Positions 38,201 through 53,200 of a DNA stretch of 64,000 bases are shown piece after piece. The position numbers and the translations under genes are program-made. This DNA is from Candidatus Oxydemutatoraceae bacterium (GTDB lineage: Bacteria; Pseudomonadota; Gammaproteobacteria; Poriferisulfidales; Oxydemutatoraceae). The stretch lies in NCBI GenBank assembly GCA_965219575.1, contig OZ244779.1, positions 1,676,769 to 1,740,768 of the forward strand, read 5' to 3'. The notes beneath the pieces are model-generated. The model saw nothing but the letters and a program-made list of their open reading frames with translations, had not been told where the DNA came from and made no database searches. Position 1 is the first letter of the stretch, and the number at the start of each line of letters is the position of its first letter.

Positions 38201-41200
38201 ACCGAATAAGCCTACAAAGTCGGTGGTAATACGATTGATCTGCAGATTAGAGATTGCGTAGCTGTTGCCTTCAAATTCGCCGGTGAACGGGCCGGCATCG
38301 GTACCTATCGGCACCCACCCTAGCGGATCATTACCAAGGCGATCGAACTCTGACACCCTCCAGTCTTGGTTTATTGCACCCGAGCGGTAGCTGTTCGGGT
38401 CGTCAAAATCCAAATCGCGCATCAATTCGTAGCCGCGACATATTCCACCCGGACAACCGAAGGCATTCGGTTCGGCATCGGGTGCGGCTTTATAGCCTAT
38501 CTCGGTGTCTTGCGGGGTGTTGAAATTGAGCGTCGCAAGGTCTTCCAGATAATTGATATCTACCAAGCCGTCGTGGTCGGTGTCTACCGAGGTTGCCGGC
38601 ACATAATCCAGATTGAGGGTATAGCGCACCGGCTCGGTGCCGTGAACCTCTACGACGACTTCGGTGATGCCGTCGGCGTTCAGAGGAATTACGCCGCTCG
38701 GTGCACCGCTGTCAATGCGGGTACTCCCGGGTAATACGCTGCCGTTCACATAGATGCTGTAGGCAGACGATTTCAAGGTCGTGGCAATCAATACCAGTTC
38801 GGGTGTGTCATTGCGCACGGTGCCGGAATAAATACCGTCTATATGGAGTGCCGCGGCATCGAAGGGGGGACTCAACTGGATGTTACGGGCAGTGTCGAGT
38901 GCGCTTAAACCATAGCGTAGTTTGGGAGCAATCAGTCTGCCGCATACCGGCAGCCGAGGCGATGCGGTGTCCTCGGCACTGCGACACGCCGGACTACCCA
39001 GCACATCGGTTGCCGCAGTGTATTTGAGCGTCGGGTATTGCTCGGCAGTGCCGAAATCCCAGTTGTCCTCACTCCATCGGTAATAGACATCGGTAGGCGT
39101 AGTGCCCGGCTCGGTTGGTGATCGCAACTGCTGCGCGGTTTTTTCAAATGCATTTATAGGAAGGTTTTGATCAGTATCATCTATGATATCGGGAGTAATA
39201 TCATCGGCATAATAATTCGGCACGGTACGAGCAGGGACAGTTAAAGGTGAAGCAATAAATGGTGAAGGTATTAATTCATCATTCTGAATAGCACGCCCAC
39301 TTGCATAATTGGCATTCACTATCGCCTTCTGCAAAGTTCCAGCACCTACAAATGTGCCTGGGTTAACTCTACCGATTCTAAATATCAAATCACCCCACGC
39401 ATAGTTATTGCTGATATTAATCGCTTGATCTATATTGAAGCGACCTCCAGTCGTTTCACCCATTTGACCGACAAATCCGCCATTGCCTCGAATAGAAAAA
39501 GGCTCTAGCTCTGAATTGTTAGTAACCGAACCGACCGCAAAGCTGTTCAATATCGTACAGCCGTTGCATCTGCCGAGGATGCCGCCGCCGTTGTAGTTTC
39601 TAGCCTCTACTGCGACACTGCTCCTGCTGTTGACGATGATGCCGGTATTTGCCGGATCAGGTCTGGTATCGTTGGGTTCGGTAGTAAAAAAACCGATATT
39701 GCCGACCAGTCCGCCGACATTGAAATTCCCTGATATAATGCCGGTCGCATAGCTGTTGACAATGCGCCCACCGCCGCGCAAGTCGCCGGCGATCGCACCG
39801 ACATGCGTGCCGCCCTCTATGCGCACATTCGACAAGCCGAGATTGCGCACCGCACCGCCGTTGCCGATAGAACCGAATAAGCCTACGAAGTCGGTGGTAG
39901 TGCGGTTGATCTGCAAATTGGATATCACGAAGTTGTTGCCGTCAAACTCGCCGCTGAACGGTGCCGTTTCATTGCCTATCGGCACCCAACCGGTGTCGGT
40001 GGTATTGGCAATCCAGTATTGGTTTATTGCACCCGAGCGGTAGCTGTTCGGGTCGTTAAAATCCAAATCGCGCATCAATTTGTAGTTGTCTGCCAAAGTC
40101 GTCTCATCGGCATTGATTGCTTGAAGGTGCTCCAGATAATAGATCTCCAAGAAACCGTCGCCGTCAATGTCCGCCGCTACGCGATCACTCAGGTAGTTCA
40201 GGTCCAGCGGATAGTAGACGCTCTCGTTATCGCTACCGATAATCTCCAGAACGATGCGGTTGACACCTTCAACCAAAATGATCGGCGTGGCAATCGTGCC
40301 ACTGTCGATGCTGTCATGGAGCGTGCCGTCGATGCTCCCGAGATAGATATTGATGAACGCACCGTCTTGCGTTGCGGTCGGGATCAAGGCGACGGTGTCG
40401 GTGCTAACCGTGCCAAGATAACCGCTACCGCCGGCGGTGAAAGGTGGTAGCAATTCGCCCGATGCCAATTCCAGATTCTTCAAAGCGTTGCGAATTTGTG
40501 GTGAGATAATATCACCACAGTTCGGCAGACCGGTGCCGTCGCAAACCGCAACGGCATTAATGGATGCGTATTTCAATATCGGGTATTGCATGTCGCTACC
40601 GAAATCCCAGTCGGTGTTACTCCAGTTCGCATAAATGCCGGTGGCAGCATTTCGGTTAGTCGGTGCTTGCAGTTGTATCGTAGTTCGACCGCTACCGGAA
40701 GCACTGATATCCAGTCCGCCGGTCTGTCTATCCCAATAGCTATCTTGAGCGGTAGCCGATCCTGTCCCTATTAAACCCCCTAGCGCAGACCCGCTACCGG
40801 ATACGCGACCGGTTGCATAGCTATTGCTTATCGTGTTCGCACCCGACGCATTACCGACCAACCCCCCGACATCGGACGCATCGCCGGCAACAACCGCACC
40901 CGTCGCATAGCTGTTCATGATGACGGCATTGTCTAATTTTTGACCGACCAAGCCGCCTATATCTTGATTGGTGCCGGCATTTATCACATCGACACGACCG
41001 GTCGCATAGCTATTTCTAATTTCACTATTAAAATGCCAACCGACTAAACCACCGATATTCCACTCACCCGAAACATTGCCGCTTGCATGACTGTTGACGA
41101 TATCGGCAGTACCATTGCCGGCTAATCCTCCGACTCGTTGTTCACCTAAAACATTAACGGCTACATGGCTGTTGGCAATCAAACCGCCACGATGAATGCC

Positions 41201-44200
41201 AACCAAACCGCCGACAGCACCTTCTGCGGAGATGTCACCGCTCGCATAACTACCGATGATGGTACCTCGATTGTCACCGACCAGTGCACCGACAGTAGTG
41301 GAACCTTGTATTTTTACACCGATCAAACCAAGATTGCGCACCATACTGCCGGGACCGGTAGCAGCGAACAAGCCCCTAAAGGTGGAACCAGCACCAGTAC
41401 TGCGGTTGATTTGTAGATTGAATATCGTATAGCCGTTGCCGTCGAACTCGCCGGTGTATCGGTTCCTTAAATCACCTATGGAATCCCAGCCGATATCATC
41501 GCCATCGTCATCGTCGAAATCATCCACCGTCCAATCGCTGTTGACGGTGCCCGAGAGATAACTGTCGGCATCGTTGAAGTCCAGATCGCGCATCAATTCG
41601 TAGTTGCCGGTGAGGTTGTTTCTAATCGCATCCAGATGCTCCAGATAATAGAGCTCGACGAACCCGTTGCCGTCTCGGTCCGCCAACACACGATCGCCTA
41701 GATAGTTTATATAGAGCGGATATTGAACGCGCGTCGTGCCGGTGATGATCTCCAAGACGATGCGGTTGACAGCGTCTCGATCCAATACAATCGGCATGCT
41801 ACTCATACCACTAACGACACTTTGATCGGGTGTGCCGTCGACGCTGCCGAGATAGATGTTGATAACGGTATCGTCGTGCATTGCGGTCGGGATTAAGGCA
41901 ATGGTGTCGGTGGTCGCACCGCCTAGATAGTTGCTACTGCCGGCATTGAAAGCCGGTATCAATGTCCCCGATACCAATTCCAAATTTCTCAAGCCGTTGC
42001 GAATTTGCGGTGATATTAGATCACCACAATTCGGCAGACCGTTGCCGTCACAAACCGTAACGGTAGCGGTGGATGCGTATTTTAATATCGGATATTGCTC
42101 GGTATTGCCGAAATCCCAATCGTCGGGATCCCAGTTCTCATAGATGCCGATGTCGGCATTTTGATTGGTCGGTGTTTGCAGTTGTGTTGTCGTTTGACTG
42201 CTCCCGGAAGCACTGCTATCCAGTCCGCTGGTCCGGCTATCCCAATAGCTGTTGCGAGCGGTAGCCGATCCTGTCCCTATTAAACCCCCTAGCGCAGACC
42301 CGCCGGCGGATACGCGACCGGTTGCATAGCTATTGCTTATCGTGTTTGCCCCCGACGCATTACCGACCAAACCGCCCACATCGGATGCATCGCCGGCGAC
42401 GATCGCACCCGTCGCATAGCTGTTTCTAATCACGGCGTTGTTTGATTTTTCACCCACCAAACCGCCTATATACCGATTAATAGTAGCTTCTATCACACGA
42501 ACACGACCGCTCGCATAGCTATTTCCGATTTCACTATTTGCATATACACCGACTAAACCACCGACCGACTGCTCACCCGAAACATTACCGGTTGCATGGC
42601 TGTTGATGATATCGGAAGCGCCGTTGCCGACCAATCCGCCGACCCGTTGTCGACCTACGACATTAACGGCTGCATCGCTGTTGGCAATCAAACCGCTACT
42701 AAAATGTCCCACCAGACCACCGACCCGATGCCCGGCGACGATACGACCGCTTGCGTAGCTACCGATGATAGTCGCTTGATTGGCACCGACCAGTGCACCG
42801 ACAAGATTGGCACCTTGTATTTTTACACCGATCAAACCGAGATTGCGCACCATGCCGCCGCGACCGGTAGCACCGAACAGGCCTTGAAGTGTGCCGTTAT
42901 CTCGGTTGATTTGTAGATTAGATATCGTGTAGCCGTTGCCTTCGAGGCGACCGGTGAATCGGTTGCTATCGGTACCTATCGGTTGCCAACCGAGGTCGGT
43001 GGCATCGTCGAAATCGTCCACCGTCCAGAGTGCTTTATTTGCCAAATCTTCGTAGCTGGTATCGTCCAGAAAATCCAGGTCTCTGGTTAGTACATAGTTA
43101 CCGTCGCTATTGTTGCGTATGTTATCGAGGTCTTCCAAAGTGTCGATTATGGTCGCCGGATTGCCGTCTTCATCGAATAAGCCGAAGCGATAGCGGAGCG
43201 ATAAGTTGTAGCGGTCCACACCGCCGCTTCGGCCGTCGCTAGCGGGCGTGATCACTTCTATCGCAATATATGTCGTAGTGCTTTCGCTCAGTGTTATTTC
43301 TCGGCTAACAACACCGCCGGCAACGGCGGTCATCGGCATGCTACGACCGGTTTCGTTATATGCGTCGTCCATATAGATAAAGGTGATCTGCGCATTCGGG
43401 TCGGTAGCAACGGCAACCAGGTTGGCACTCGGGGTGTCGCGTTCGACAACACCGATGTAGCTCCGATAGCGGGTGTCGGGCGGAGGAACCAGTCTGCTTC
43501 TGCGTTCCGACACACCCAATGCGATCAGTGCGCGCCGCGCGATTACTGCACCGCAATTCGGCAAACCGTCGCCGTCGCAGGCTCGGCTACGCCCGGTGGT
43601 GTTGGCAGCGTATTTCAGAACCGGGTATTGGGTGTTATTGCCGAAATCCCAATTCGCATTGTCCCAGTTGTAATAAACATCGCTCACATTTCCCGATTGG
43701 GCACTACCGGCTTGCAACTCGGCAGTGCTTAGCAAGGCGGAATTACGGATTGTTGCTCCCGAACTTATGTTGTTCACCAAAGGTCGCAACGACAGATCGG
43801 AGTTTGCATAGCTATTGATTAGCGACGCATTGGAATTGCTCAAGCGACCGATCAGGCTACCGCCGACATCCACCCTGCCGATGCCGTAACTATTTTCATA
43901 CAGACCTCGGTTATTCGTACCCGCTAATCCGCCGACCTCGCTCCGACCTTGAACCCAACCGGTGGTATAGAGGTTTCTATAGTTTGAATAGCTACTGCCG
44001 AATAATCCGCCGACATTGCGATTACCGCTAACAAAACTATCGGCGTAGCTATTGTAGCTGGTTGCCGTAGTCGGTGTGAAAGCACTACGACCGACCAAGC
44101 CGCCGACCGAGTTTTGACCGCGAACGATACCCGCCGCATAGCTGTTGCCGATGATATTCTTATCTTCGCCGACCAAACCGCCGGAAATACTATCGCTCGC

Positions 44201-47200
44201 CGAACTTTGAACGGTGCATACCGCATGGCTATTTAGGATTTCGCCGTTGTCGGCATTGCGTCCGACCAAGCCACCCAAGCCTCTGCTACCGCGCACCGTG
44301 CCGTGCGCATAACTGCCGATCACCGTGCCGTCGTTCATGCCGGCCAAAGTGCCGACACCGGGGTAATCGTCGGCGTGCCGATTGCCGTTGTAGTCTTCTA
44401 TCTCGGCATCGACCAAGCCCAGATTGCGCACCGTCCCGACACTGCCGATGACCCCGAACAAGCCTTTGTGCATGGCGTTATCGTCGTTGTTGATTTGCAG
44501 ATTGGCTATCGTATAGCCGTTGCCGTCGAAGGTGCCGGTGAACGGTGTGTCGGCATCGCCTATCGGTGTCCAGCCGAGGTCGGTCGCATCGCGATAGTCG
44601 TCCACCGTCCAAATCGCTCTGAAAACGGTGCCGTCGTAGCTGGCATCGTCTGCAAAATCCAAGTTGCGGGTCAATACATAATTCCCGCTCAGACGGTTGC
44701 GCACCGCATCGAGGTCCTCCAGCGAGTCTATCGGAACGCCGGGGCGGTATCGCAGATGTAGCGGATATTCTACGGTCGGTTGACCGGCAACACTCGGGGT
44801 GATTTCAATAACGACATATTGGATCGTGTCTTGTTTTAGCCGAAACGGCGCACTGAGATCGCCGCTGCTGAACGCATCGCCGAGTTGCCGGCGGGCGGTG
44901 CCGTCGTATAGATAGATTCTGATCTCGGCAGCACTATCAAGTGCGACCGGGCGCAGACGGATATTGTCGCGCAACGACAATACCTCACCCGAATAATTGC
45001 TCTGTCCGACGGCGAAGCGAGGCAACAATTCACCGTCGACTATAGATAAATCCTGCAACAAGCCGAAGCGCAACTGCGGTGCTATCAGGCTCCCGCAAAC
45101 CGGTAAACCGCCGACACCGGCGGCATTACAAGTGCGCACACCGGTGATGTCGGGATTTTGTGCGTATTTGAGTGTCGGGTATTGCTCGGCAGTGCCGAAA
45201 TCCCAGTCGTCGCTACTCCAGTTCGCATAGATGCCGGTTGCGGCATTTTGATCGGTCGGTTCCTGCAGTTGTGTCGTAGTTTGACCGCTGCCGGAAGCAC
45301 TTGTATCCAATCCGCCGGTCTGCCTGTCCCAGTAGCTGTCGCGAGCGGTACCCGATCCTGCCCCTATTAAACCCCCTATCGCAGACCCGCCGGCGAATAC
45401 ATTACCGGTTGCATAGCTATTGTTTATCGTGTTCGCACCCGACGCATTACCGGCAAAACCACCCACATTAAACGCATCGCCACCGGTGATCGCACCGGTC
45501 GCATAGCTGTTTCTAATGACGGCATTGTCCGATTTTTGACCTGCAAAACCGCCTATGTGTTCATTAAAAGTGGCATCCATAACCCGAACACGGCCGGTCG
45601 CATAGCTATTTCTGATTTCCCCGGTGTTGAACTCGCCGATGAAACCACCACCCAAACCCTCTGCCGAAACATCGCCGGTCGCATAACTGTTGATGATCAA
45701 ATTGGGGGTCGTTCCTTCGGCAATACCGACCAAGCCTCCGACACCATCGGTTCCGGTGACATCGACGGCAGCATAGCTGTTGATAATCCATCCCGACCGA
45801 AGATGTGCGGCAACCAAACCGCCGACATGATCGGTTCCGCTAACTGTGCCGACCGCATAACTGCCGATGACGGTGCCTCGGTTTGCACCGACCAGCGCAG
45901 CGGTGTCCTGTTCACCCGCTATATCGACATCGATTAAACCGAGGTTGCGTATAGTACCGGTGATACTGCCGAACAGACTGTGACCGGCACCGCTTCTATT
46001 AATCTGCAGATTGGATATCACGAAGCCGTTGCCGTCGAACTCGCCGCCGAATCGGGCGGTATCGGTGCCTATCGATTGCCAACCGGTATCGGCAGGATCG
46101 TCGAAATCGTCCACCGTCCAAGTCGCTTTATTTGCCAAGTCGTCGTAGCTGTCATCGTCTTCAAAATCCAAGTTGCGGGTCAATAGATAACGCGCATCGA
46201 GACGGTTGCGTATGTTGTACAGGTCTTCCAGCGAGTCTATTTCAACGACCGCATCGCGCGACCGGTATTGCAGATACAGCGGATATTCTACGGTCGGTTC
46301 GCCATCGGCACTCGGGTTGATTTCAACGATGAGGTACTGGGTATCATCGGTATCCAGCATAATCGGCGCGCTGCGGTTGCCGGCGGCGAGGGTGTTGCCG
46401 ATCTGCGTCTTGACGCCGGCAACGAACTCGAAGATTTTGATCTCGGCAGCGAGATCGAATGCGATCGGTTGCAAACGGATCGGGTTTTCGGAAGACACTA
46501 CGCGACCGCTGTAACTGCCGTGATTTGACACATGGAATGGAGGCTCCAATTCGCCGTCGACGACGAGTATATCCTCCAATAAGCCGTAGCGGAGTTGCGG
46601 TGCTATCAGGCTCCCGCAGATCGGCAACCCGTCGCCACCGTCGGCATTGCAACTTTGCGGCCCGTCGCTCCTTGGATTTAATCTATATTTGAGTATCGGG
46701 TATTGCCTATCGGTGCCGAAATCCCAATAGTCGAGGTTCCATCCGGTGTATCGCTCGGGAGCCGTTGCATTCGCTGCGGTCGGCAATTGCATCTCTTCGG
46801 TGGTCAGACCGCTGCCCGCAGCACTGGTAGCTCGACCGCTGGTTTGCGTATTCCAATAGCTATTCCTGACACCGGCACGAATGCCGCCGGTGTCGAAGCC
46901 GCCGATCAACCCCCCTATCGGTGTTCCGCTTCCCGATACGCGACCGATAGAATATACATTGCTTGTTCGACCTCGCCGGGCAAAACCGACAAAACCACCC
47001 ACATTGACTGCAATGCCGGTAGCGACTGCACCCGTTGCATAACTATCCGTAATATTTGTACCGGGAGTATCTAACCTTCCCGCAAAACCACCTATGGATG
47101 AATTAATACTAGAAGAGATTTCTTTGACATTGCCGGTTGCATAGCTATTTCTGATAGAAGCATCAAATAAATTGCTAGTATCTACTCCGATCAAGCCACC

Positions 47201-50200
47201 AATACTAAATTGACCCTCAACGGTGCCGGTCGCATAACTGTTCAAAATGGAACCGCGATTCTCTCCGACCAATCCTCCGATTCTACCTATACCTACAACA
47301 TTGACGGCAGCGTGACTGTTGATGATTGAACCATGTATAGTGACACCCGTATTAGAATCAAAACTGGCTAAGTTTTGACCGACCAAACCACCAACCTCTC
47401 TATTTGCCGAAACCTCGCCGACCGCATAGCAACCGATGATATCACCTCGATTCAACCCTGCCAGTGCACCAATAACCCGAGGACCGTTTTTTATTTCTAC
47501 ATCGAGCAAACCGAGGTTACGGACAACACCTCCGCTTGGGATAATAGCAAACAGACCGATATTATCAGCATTTCTGTTTATCTGTAAATTGGCTATCACG
47601 AAGCCGTTGCCGTCGAAGCTACCGTTGAAATTGTTTATCGGCTGCCAGCCGAGATCACCGGCATCGTCGAAATTGTCCACCGTCCACGCGGCTTTATTCG
47701 TCTCGGCATTTTCGTAGCTGTCGTCGTCTAGAAAATCCAGACTTCGGGTCAATAGATAGCTCGCACTCGGGTTGTTGCGTATTCTATTCAAATCTTCCAG
47801 CGAGTCTATTTCTATGACGGGGTCGGGTTCTTCGGGGTCGGCGGTGCGCAGATAGAGCGGATACTCTATCGTATCGGGATAGGCGGATGTATCGATCGCA
47901 ACGACGATATGATTGACGCCCGCAGACAGCACGATCGGCGCGCTGGTGTCGCCGCTGGCTATCGCACTGCCGATTGCCGTTCTGCCGTCGGCAGTGATGC
48001 GATAGAGGGTGATATCGGCAGGCGTGGTCTGTGCGGTCGGGATGATGCGCACCTGCGTCTCGATAGTGATGCCGGTATAGCTACCGCTACCCTGCGGCGG
48101 GGCAACGAAGGCGGGGTTCAACGCACCGCTTGCCAGACGCAGGTTGCGCAGACCGTAGCGGAGTTGGGGTGCTACGACATCGCCGCAGCGAGGCAACCCG
48201 GTGCCGTCGCATGCCAGCGGCACACCGGTGCCGGTGGATTGGGCATATTTGAGTATCGGGTATTGCATGTTATTGCCGAAATCCCAGTTGTCGGGACTCC
48301 ATAGATAATATGTGCCATTTTGATTGTTGCTTTGTGCAACCCCGGCGCGCAGTTGTGCTGCCGAGCGACCTTTTAAGGTAGTATAGAGAGCCAATACGAC
48401 GCTTAAGGAGGAGCCATCGTCGGTATTCCAATAATTCTCCGCACCACTAAAGGAAGGAGCCCCAATAACAACAACGCTTCTTTGACCGGAAAAAGTAAAA
48501 CGCGCTTGTCCGACAGAGTAGTTGGCATTGAGTGTTATTTCAGGTCCAGAAGCGTCTAATTCACCGGCAAATCCTCCACTAGAGGCTCGGTTTGTATTCG
48601 TACCCGTAACATTCGTATTACCCCACGCATAGTTGTTGACAAAGTTAAATCCACCGGAAGTTGACATGCCACCGACAAAACCACCGATGGTATTGTCGCC
48701 GGATACCATCCCGACCGCAAAGCTGTTCCTTGCCGTGCAGCTCGTGCAGTATCCGATCAAGCCACCGACATTCCCTCCGCTTGCCGATACCGCAACATTG
48801 GCATGGCTGTTGAGCATCGCACCGCTGCCGTCGACACCTCCACCGACGATGCCACCGATGGCATTGCCGACCAAACCACCGACATTGGCAACGGCGGATA
48901 CCTCACCCGATGTATGACTGTTGATGATATGGCCGCGATGCTCACCGACCAAACCGCCGACATCGGTGCCGCTATCGAAAATCACCACGCCCCGTGCGGC
49001 ACTCCCGATAACGGTGCCGGCGTTTGTGCCTGCCAACGCACCGACATCATCGCTGCCGTCTATTTGCGCACCGGTCAAACCGAGGTCGCGGACGATGCCG
49101 CCGCTACCGATCACACCGAACAGACCTTGATTTTGCTCTTCGCGGTTGATTTGCAGGTTGAATATCGTATTGCCGTTGCCGTCGAAGGTGCCGGTGAACG
49201 GGGTGCCGTCGCTACCGATGGGCTCCCAACCTTCATCGAGCGCGTCGTCGAAGTCGGCTACCGTCCAGTCGGCATTGACGAACCCGATGCGATAGCTTGC
49301 CGGGTCCAGAAAATCTAGATCCCTGATCAAGCGATAACTACCACTCAAATCACCGCGTATATTGTTAAGATCTTCTATATAGTTGATCTCGGCTCTCGGT
49401 GTTAGGTCTAAATAGAGGAATTCCAGCGTATATCTCAATATCGGGATGTCGGGTAGACGCGGGTCAACCTCAACGACGATGCGGTTGGCACCGAGTTCTA
49501 AAGTGATCGGCTCCGATTTGCTACCGCTTGCCACATCCGCTTGCAGTAGTATCTCGTCGTCGCCGCTATAGATAGAGACGACACCGTTGCCCCTGATCGT
49601 CGGAGTCAGCGATACGGTGTTGCTCGGGGTGGTACTGATTGCCCTGCCGAAATAGCCGAGCAACTCGGGGACGAAAGGTGGATCCAAATTCGCACCATCC
49701 ACCGCAAGCGCACTCAAGCCGTAGAGTCGCTGCGGCAATATTAAGCCCCCGCAATCGGGGGCGCCGGCTACATCACAAACATTGCCGAACGGACCTGCGC
49801 TATATTTAAGTCTCGGATACTCGCTTTCGCTACCGAAATCCCATATCTCGTCGCTCCAGTTCTCGTAAAGACCGACGGCAGCGGTCGGCATTTGCAGTTG
49901 CACCGTGGTCCTGCCCCGATCTCCGACGGCATTCATCCCGCTATCCCAGTAGCTGTCGTTAAAAATTAACGGAGGGAAACCGCTCGCCCTGGAAGATATT
50001 TGATCACCGAGCAGATCTACGCCGGCCGGTGCCGAACCGGTTGCATAACTATTCTCTATCACGCCGCCGTTAACCAGACCGAGCAGCTTGCCTTCGGCAC
50101 CAATTCTACAGCTTTCGGTGGACGATGCTAAAGTGGCATCGGCATAGCTGTTTTTAATCGTGCTCGACGGACCGAATTGATTGCCGACCAAACCGCCGAC

Positions 50201-53200
50201 ATGACAATATCCGGCGACGGTCGTCGCTTGCACAAAACTATTGTAGATCTCTGCATAAAAATTTCTGCCGACCAAGCCACCGATGTGGTGGGTGGCGTTT
50301 GCCACCGCCGGGTTGACCCGTATCTCGGAATCTACTACGAAACTGTTGCCGATGTAGGCGATGTCGTTGGAACCAAGACCGTTTCTGCCGACCAAACCGC
50401 CGATATAATTATGATTACCTCCTCCTCTAGTATTACCGACCCCTTCTACGATACTTGCTATTACGCCGCTGTTCAATACCAAACCTCTGTTGTGACCGAC
50501 CAGCGCAGCGACCTGTACGGCAGCGGAATTGGAAGCTCTAACATCGGCATCGTTGAGGATTAGATTTTTAACCGTTCCCCGCACCCCGATTGTTCCGAAC
50601 AGACCGACCGCACTCGTGCCGGCATCACCCACTTTGACCTGTAAGTTGGATATCGCAAAACCGTTGCCGTCGAAGGTGCCGGTGAAATTATCTATCGGTT
50701 GCCAGCCGTCGTCGCCGGCAGCACCGAAATCGTTCACCGTCCAATCGCTGTTGACCCGCCTCGTGCGATAGCTTAAGGCATCCTCAAAATCCAGATTTCC
50801 GGTTAATCTGTAGGTGCCGGTCGGGTTGTTGCGTAACGCATCGAGGTCTTCCAGAGTGTTGATCTCTATCGGTGTTCGCGGCACACGATAGCTTAAACGG
50901 AAGTTGTATCGACGTTTGCGTGCCGAAGGATCCGACGGGGTGAGTTCGACGACGATGTGGTTTTCACCGTCCTGCAGAGTGATTTCTCCGCTCAACTCGC
51001 CGCCGCCGAACTCGGAAACCAACGCCGTGTTATCCTCGCCACGCAAGACAAGAAACCGCGCACCGGCATCCTCCGACCCGACGATCAATCGGATGATGTT
51101 GTCGGCACCGACACCGACGACATGCGTTCGGTAATCGCTCAACCTACCGTCAAAGTTTAGGCGCGGTGAAAATCTACCGGGAAATACGCTTAATTCGTTC
51201 AGATCATAGCTCGGTTTCGGTGCTATCAGACTGCCGCAGACCGGCAAGCCGTCGCCGCCGGCATCGCTACAAGTGCGCCGACCGCTACTATCGGGGTTTC
51301 GGGCATATCTGAGGCGCGGATATTGCCGATTGGTGCCGAAATCCCAGTTGTCGGTACTCCAGCCGGTATAGCGGGTAGGGCTCGGTGCGGTCGGCGATTG
51401 CATCTGTTGTGTATTGAGACCGCTACCTCTTGCGCTATTGCTTAGACCGCTGGTTTGTGTATCCCAATAGCTGTTTTGAACGCGACCATCGGTGTTGCTG
51501 TTTCCCAAGAAACCCCCTATATTTGACCCGCTTGCGGATACACTGCCTATGGAGTAACTATCGGCAATTAATACATTTGCGTTGTTAGGTTGCACTAGAT
51601 TGCCGATGAAACCACCCACTTGGTTTCTGCCGCTAACCGAACCGCTTGCATAGCTATTCCTAATGACGGTATTGTTTAATTTTTCACCTACAAAACCCCC
51701 GATAGCCCTAGTGCCGTCGGTAGTGCCCATCACATTACCGGTTGCATAACTATTTCTGATTTCACCCCTTCTTTGCACACCGACGAAACCACCGGCAAAA
51801 CCGACTGCCGAAATGTTGCCGGTCGCATAACTGTTGATAATCAAATTGGGAGTATTTTCTTCGGCAACACCGACCAACCCCCCGACTGCCTCGTTTCCGT
51901 TGACATCGACGCCGGCGTAGCTGTTGATAATCCAGCCCGAAGCTAGATGCGCACCGACCAAACCGCCGATGTTATTGCCTCCATCGATCCTGCCGGTTGC
52001 ATAACTGCCGATGATGACACCTCGGTTCGCACTTGCCAGCGCGCCGCTATAATTACCGCTACCGGCATCTATTCTGACATCGGTCAAACCGAGGTTGCGC
52101 ACGGTACCGGTGATACTACCGAACAGACTTTGATTACCGGCATTTCTATTGATTTGCAAATTGGATATTACGAAGCCGTTGCCGTCGAAAATACCGGAGA
52201 ATCGGTTTCTATCATTACCTATGGATTGCCAGCCGAAGTCGGTTTGATCGTCAAAGTCCATCGGCCTCGTCCACCATAAAGGCCGGTTTGTTGCCGCATC
52301 TTCATAACTGGCATTATTGCCGAAGTCCAGATCTCTGAGCAGGCAATAGCTACCGTCTCGGCGGTTGCGTATGTTGTTAAGGTCTTCCAAAGTGTTGATC
52401 GGCGTGAAATTGCTCAACTCCGAACACTCTCTCGTTTCAACGACATCAGGGACGACGACACGGTTGAGAATAATGGACTGGCGCACCGTTTGAACACTCC
52501 TGACTTCTATTACGAGGTGGCGCATCGGTGCGCCGGCAGTCAGAGTCAATGCCATGCTGGGTTCGCCGCTGGCCAGACCGGATTGCAATAGAGTACCGTT
52601 TGCGTCGTAGATATCGATGTCGGCATTGTCCTCGAAGGCGGTGGCAATCAGGCGAATCTCGGAAACCGACGCCGATACCCGGATGTTGCCTAAATAACTG
52701 CCACCGGTGAACGCCGGCGATAGGGTGCCGTTGACTGCCGTTAAAAACCGCAAGCCACGCCGCAATTCGGGAGAGATCAAGGTGCCACATTCGGGGGTGT
52801 CCGGCGTGCCGCACGCCGGTTGACCGGTGAGGTCGGGGTTCGGTGCATGTTTGAGGACCGGGTATTGGGCATCGCTACCGAAGTCCCAATCGTCGGGATT
52901 CCAACCGAAATACACTCCGTCGGTGTTACTATACTGTGCAATGCCGGTCCGTAGCTCTGCCGTTGTTTTGCCGCTGCCGCCGGCCGAAGTTGACACACCG
53001 CCGGCGATTGTATCCCAGTAGCTCGCGTCAACGGTAGAAGGTGCTACAAGCCGCCCGATTAATCCCCCGAGTGGAGAATTAATGCGGGAACGCGCAGGTC
53101 TCACCACCCTAACCGTTGCGTAGCTGTTGCTTACGCTACTGTTTCGTCGCTGAAAACCGACCAACCCACCGACAGAGGCACCGATGTTATCGGGATTATT

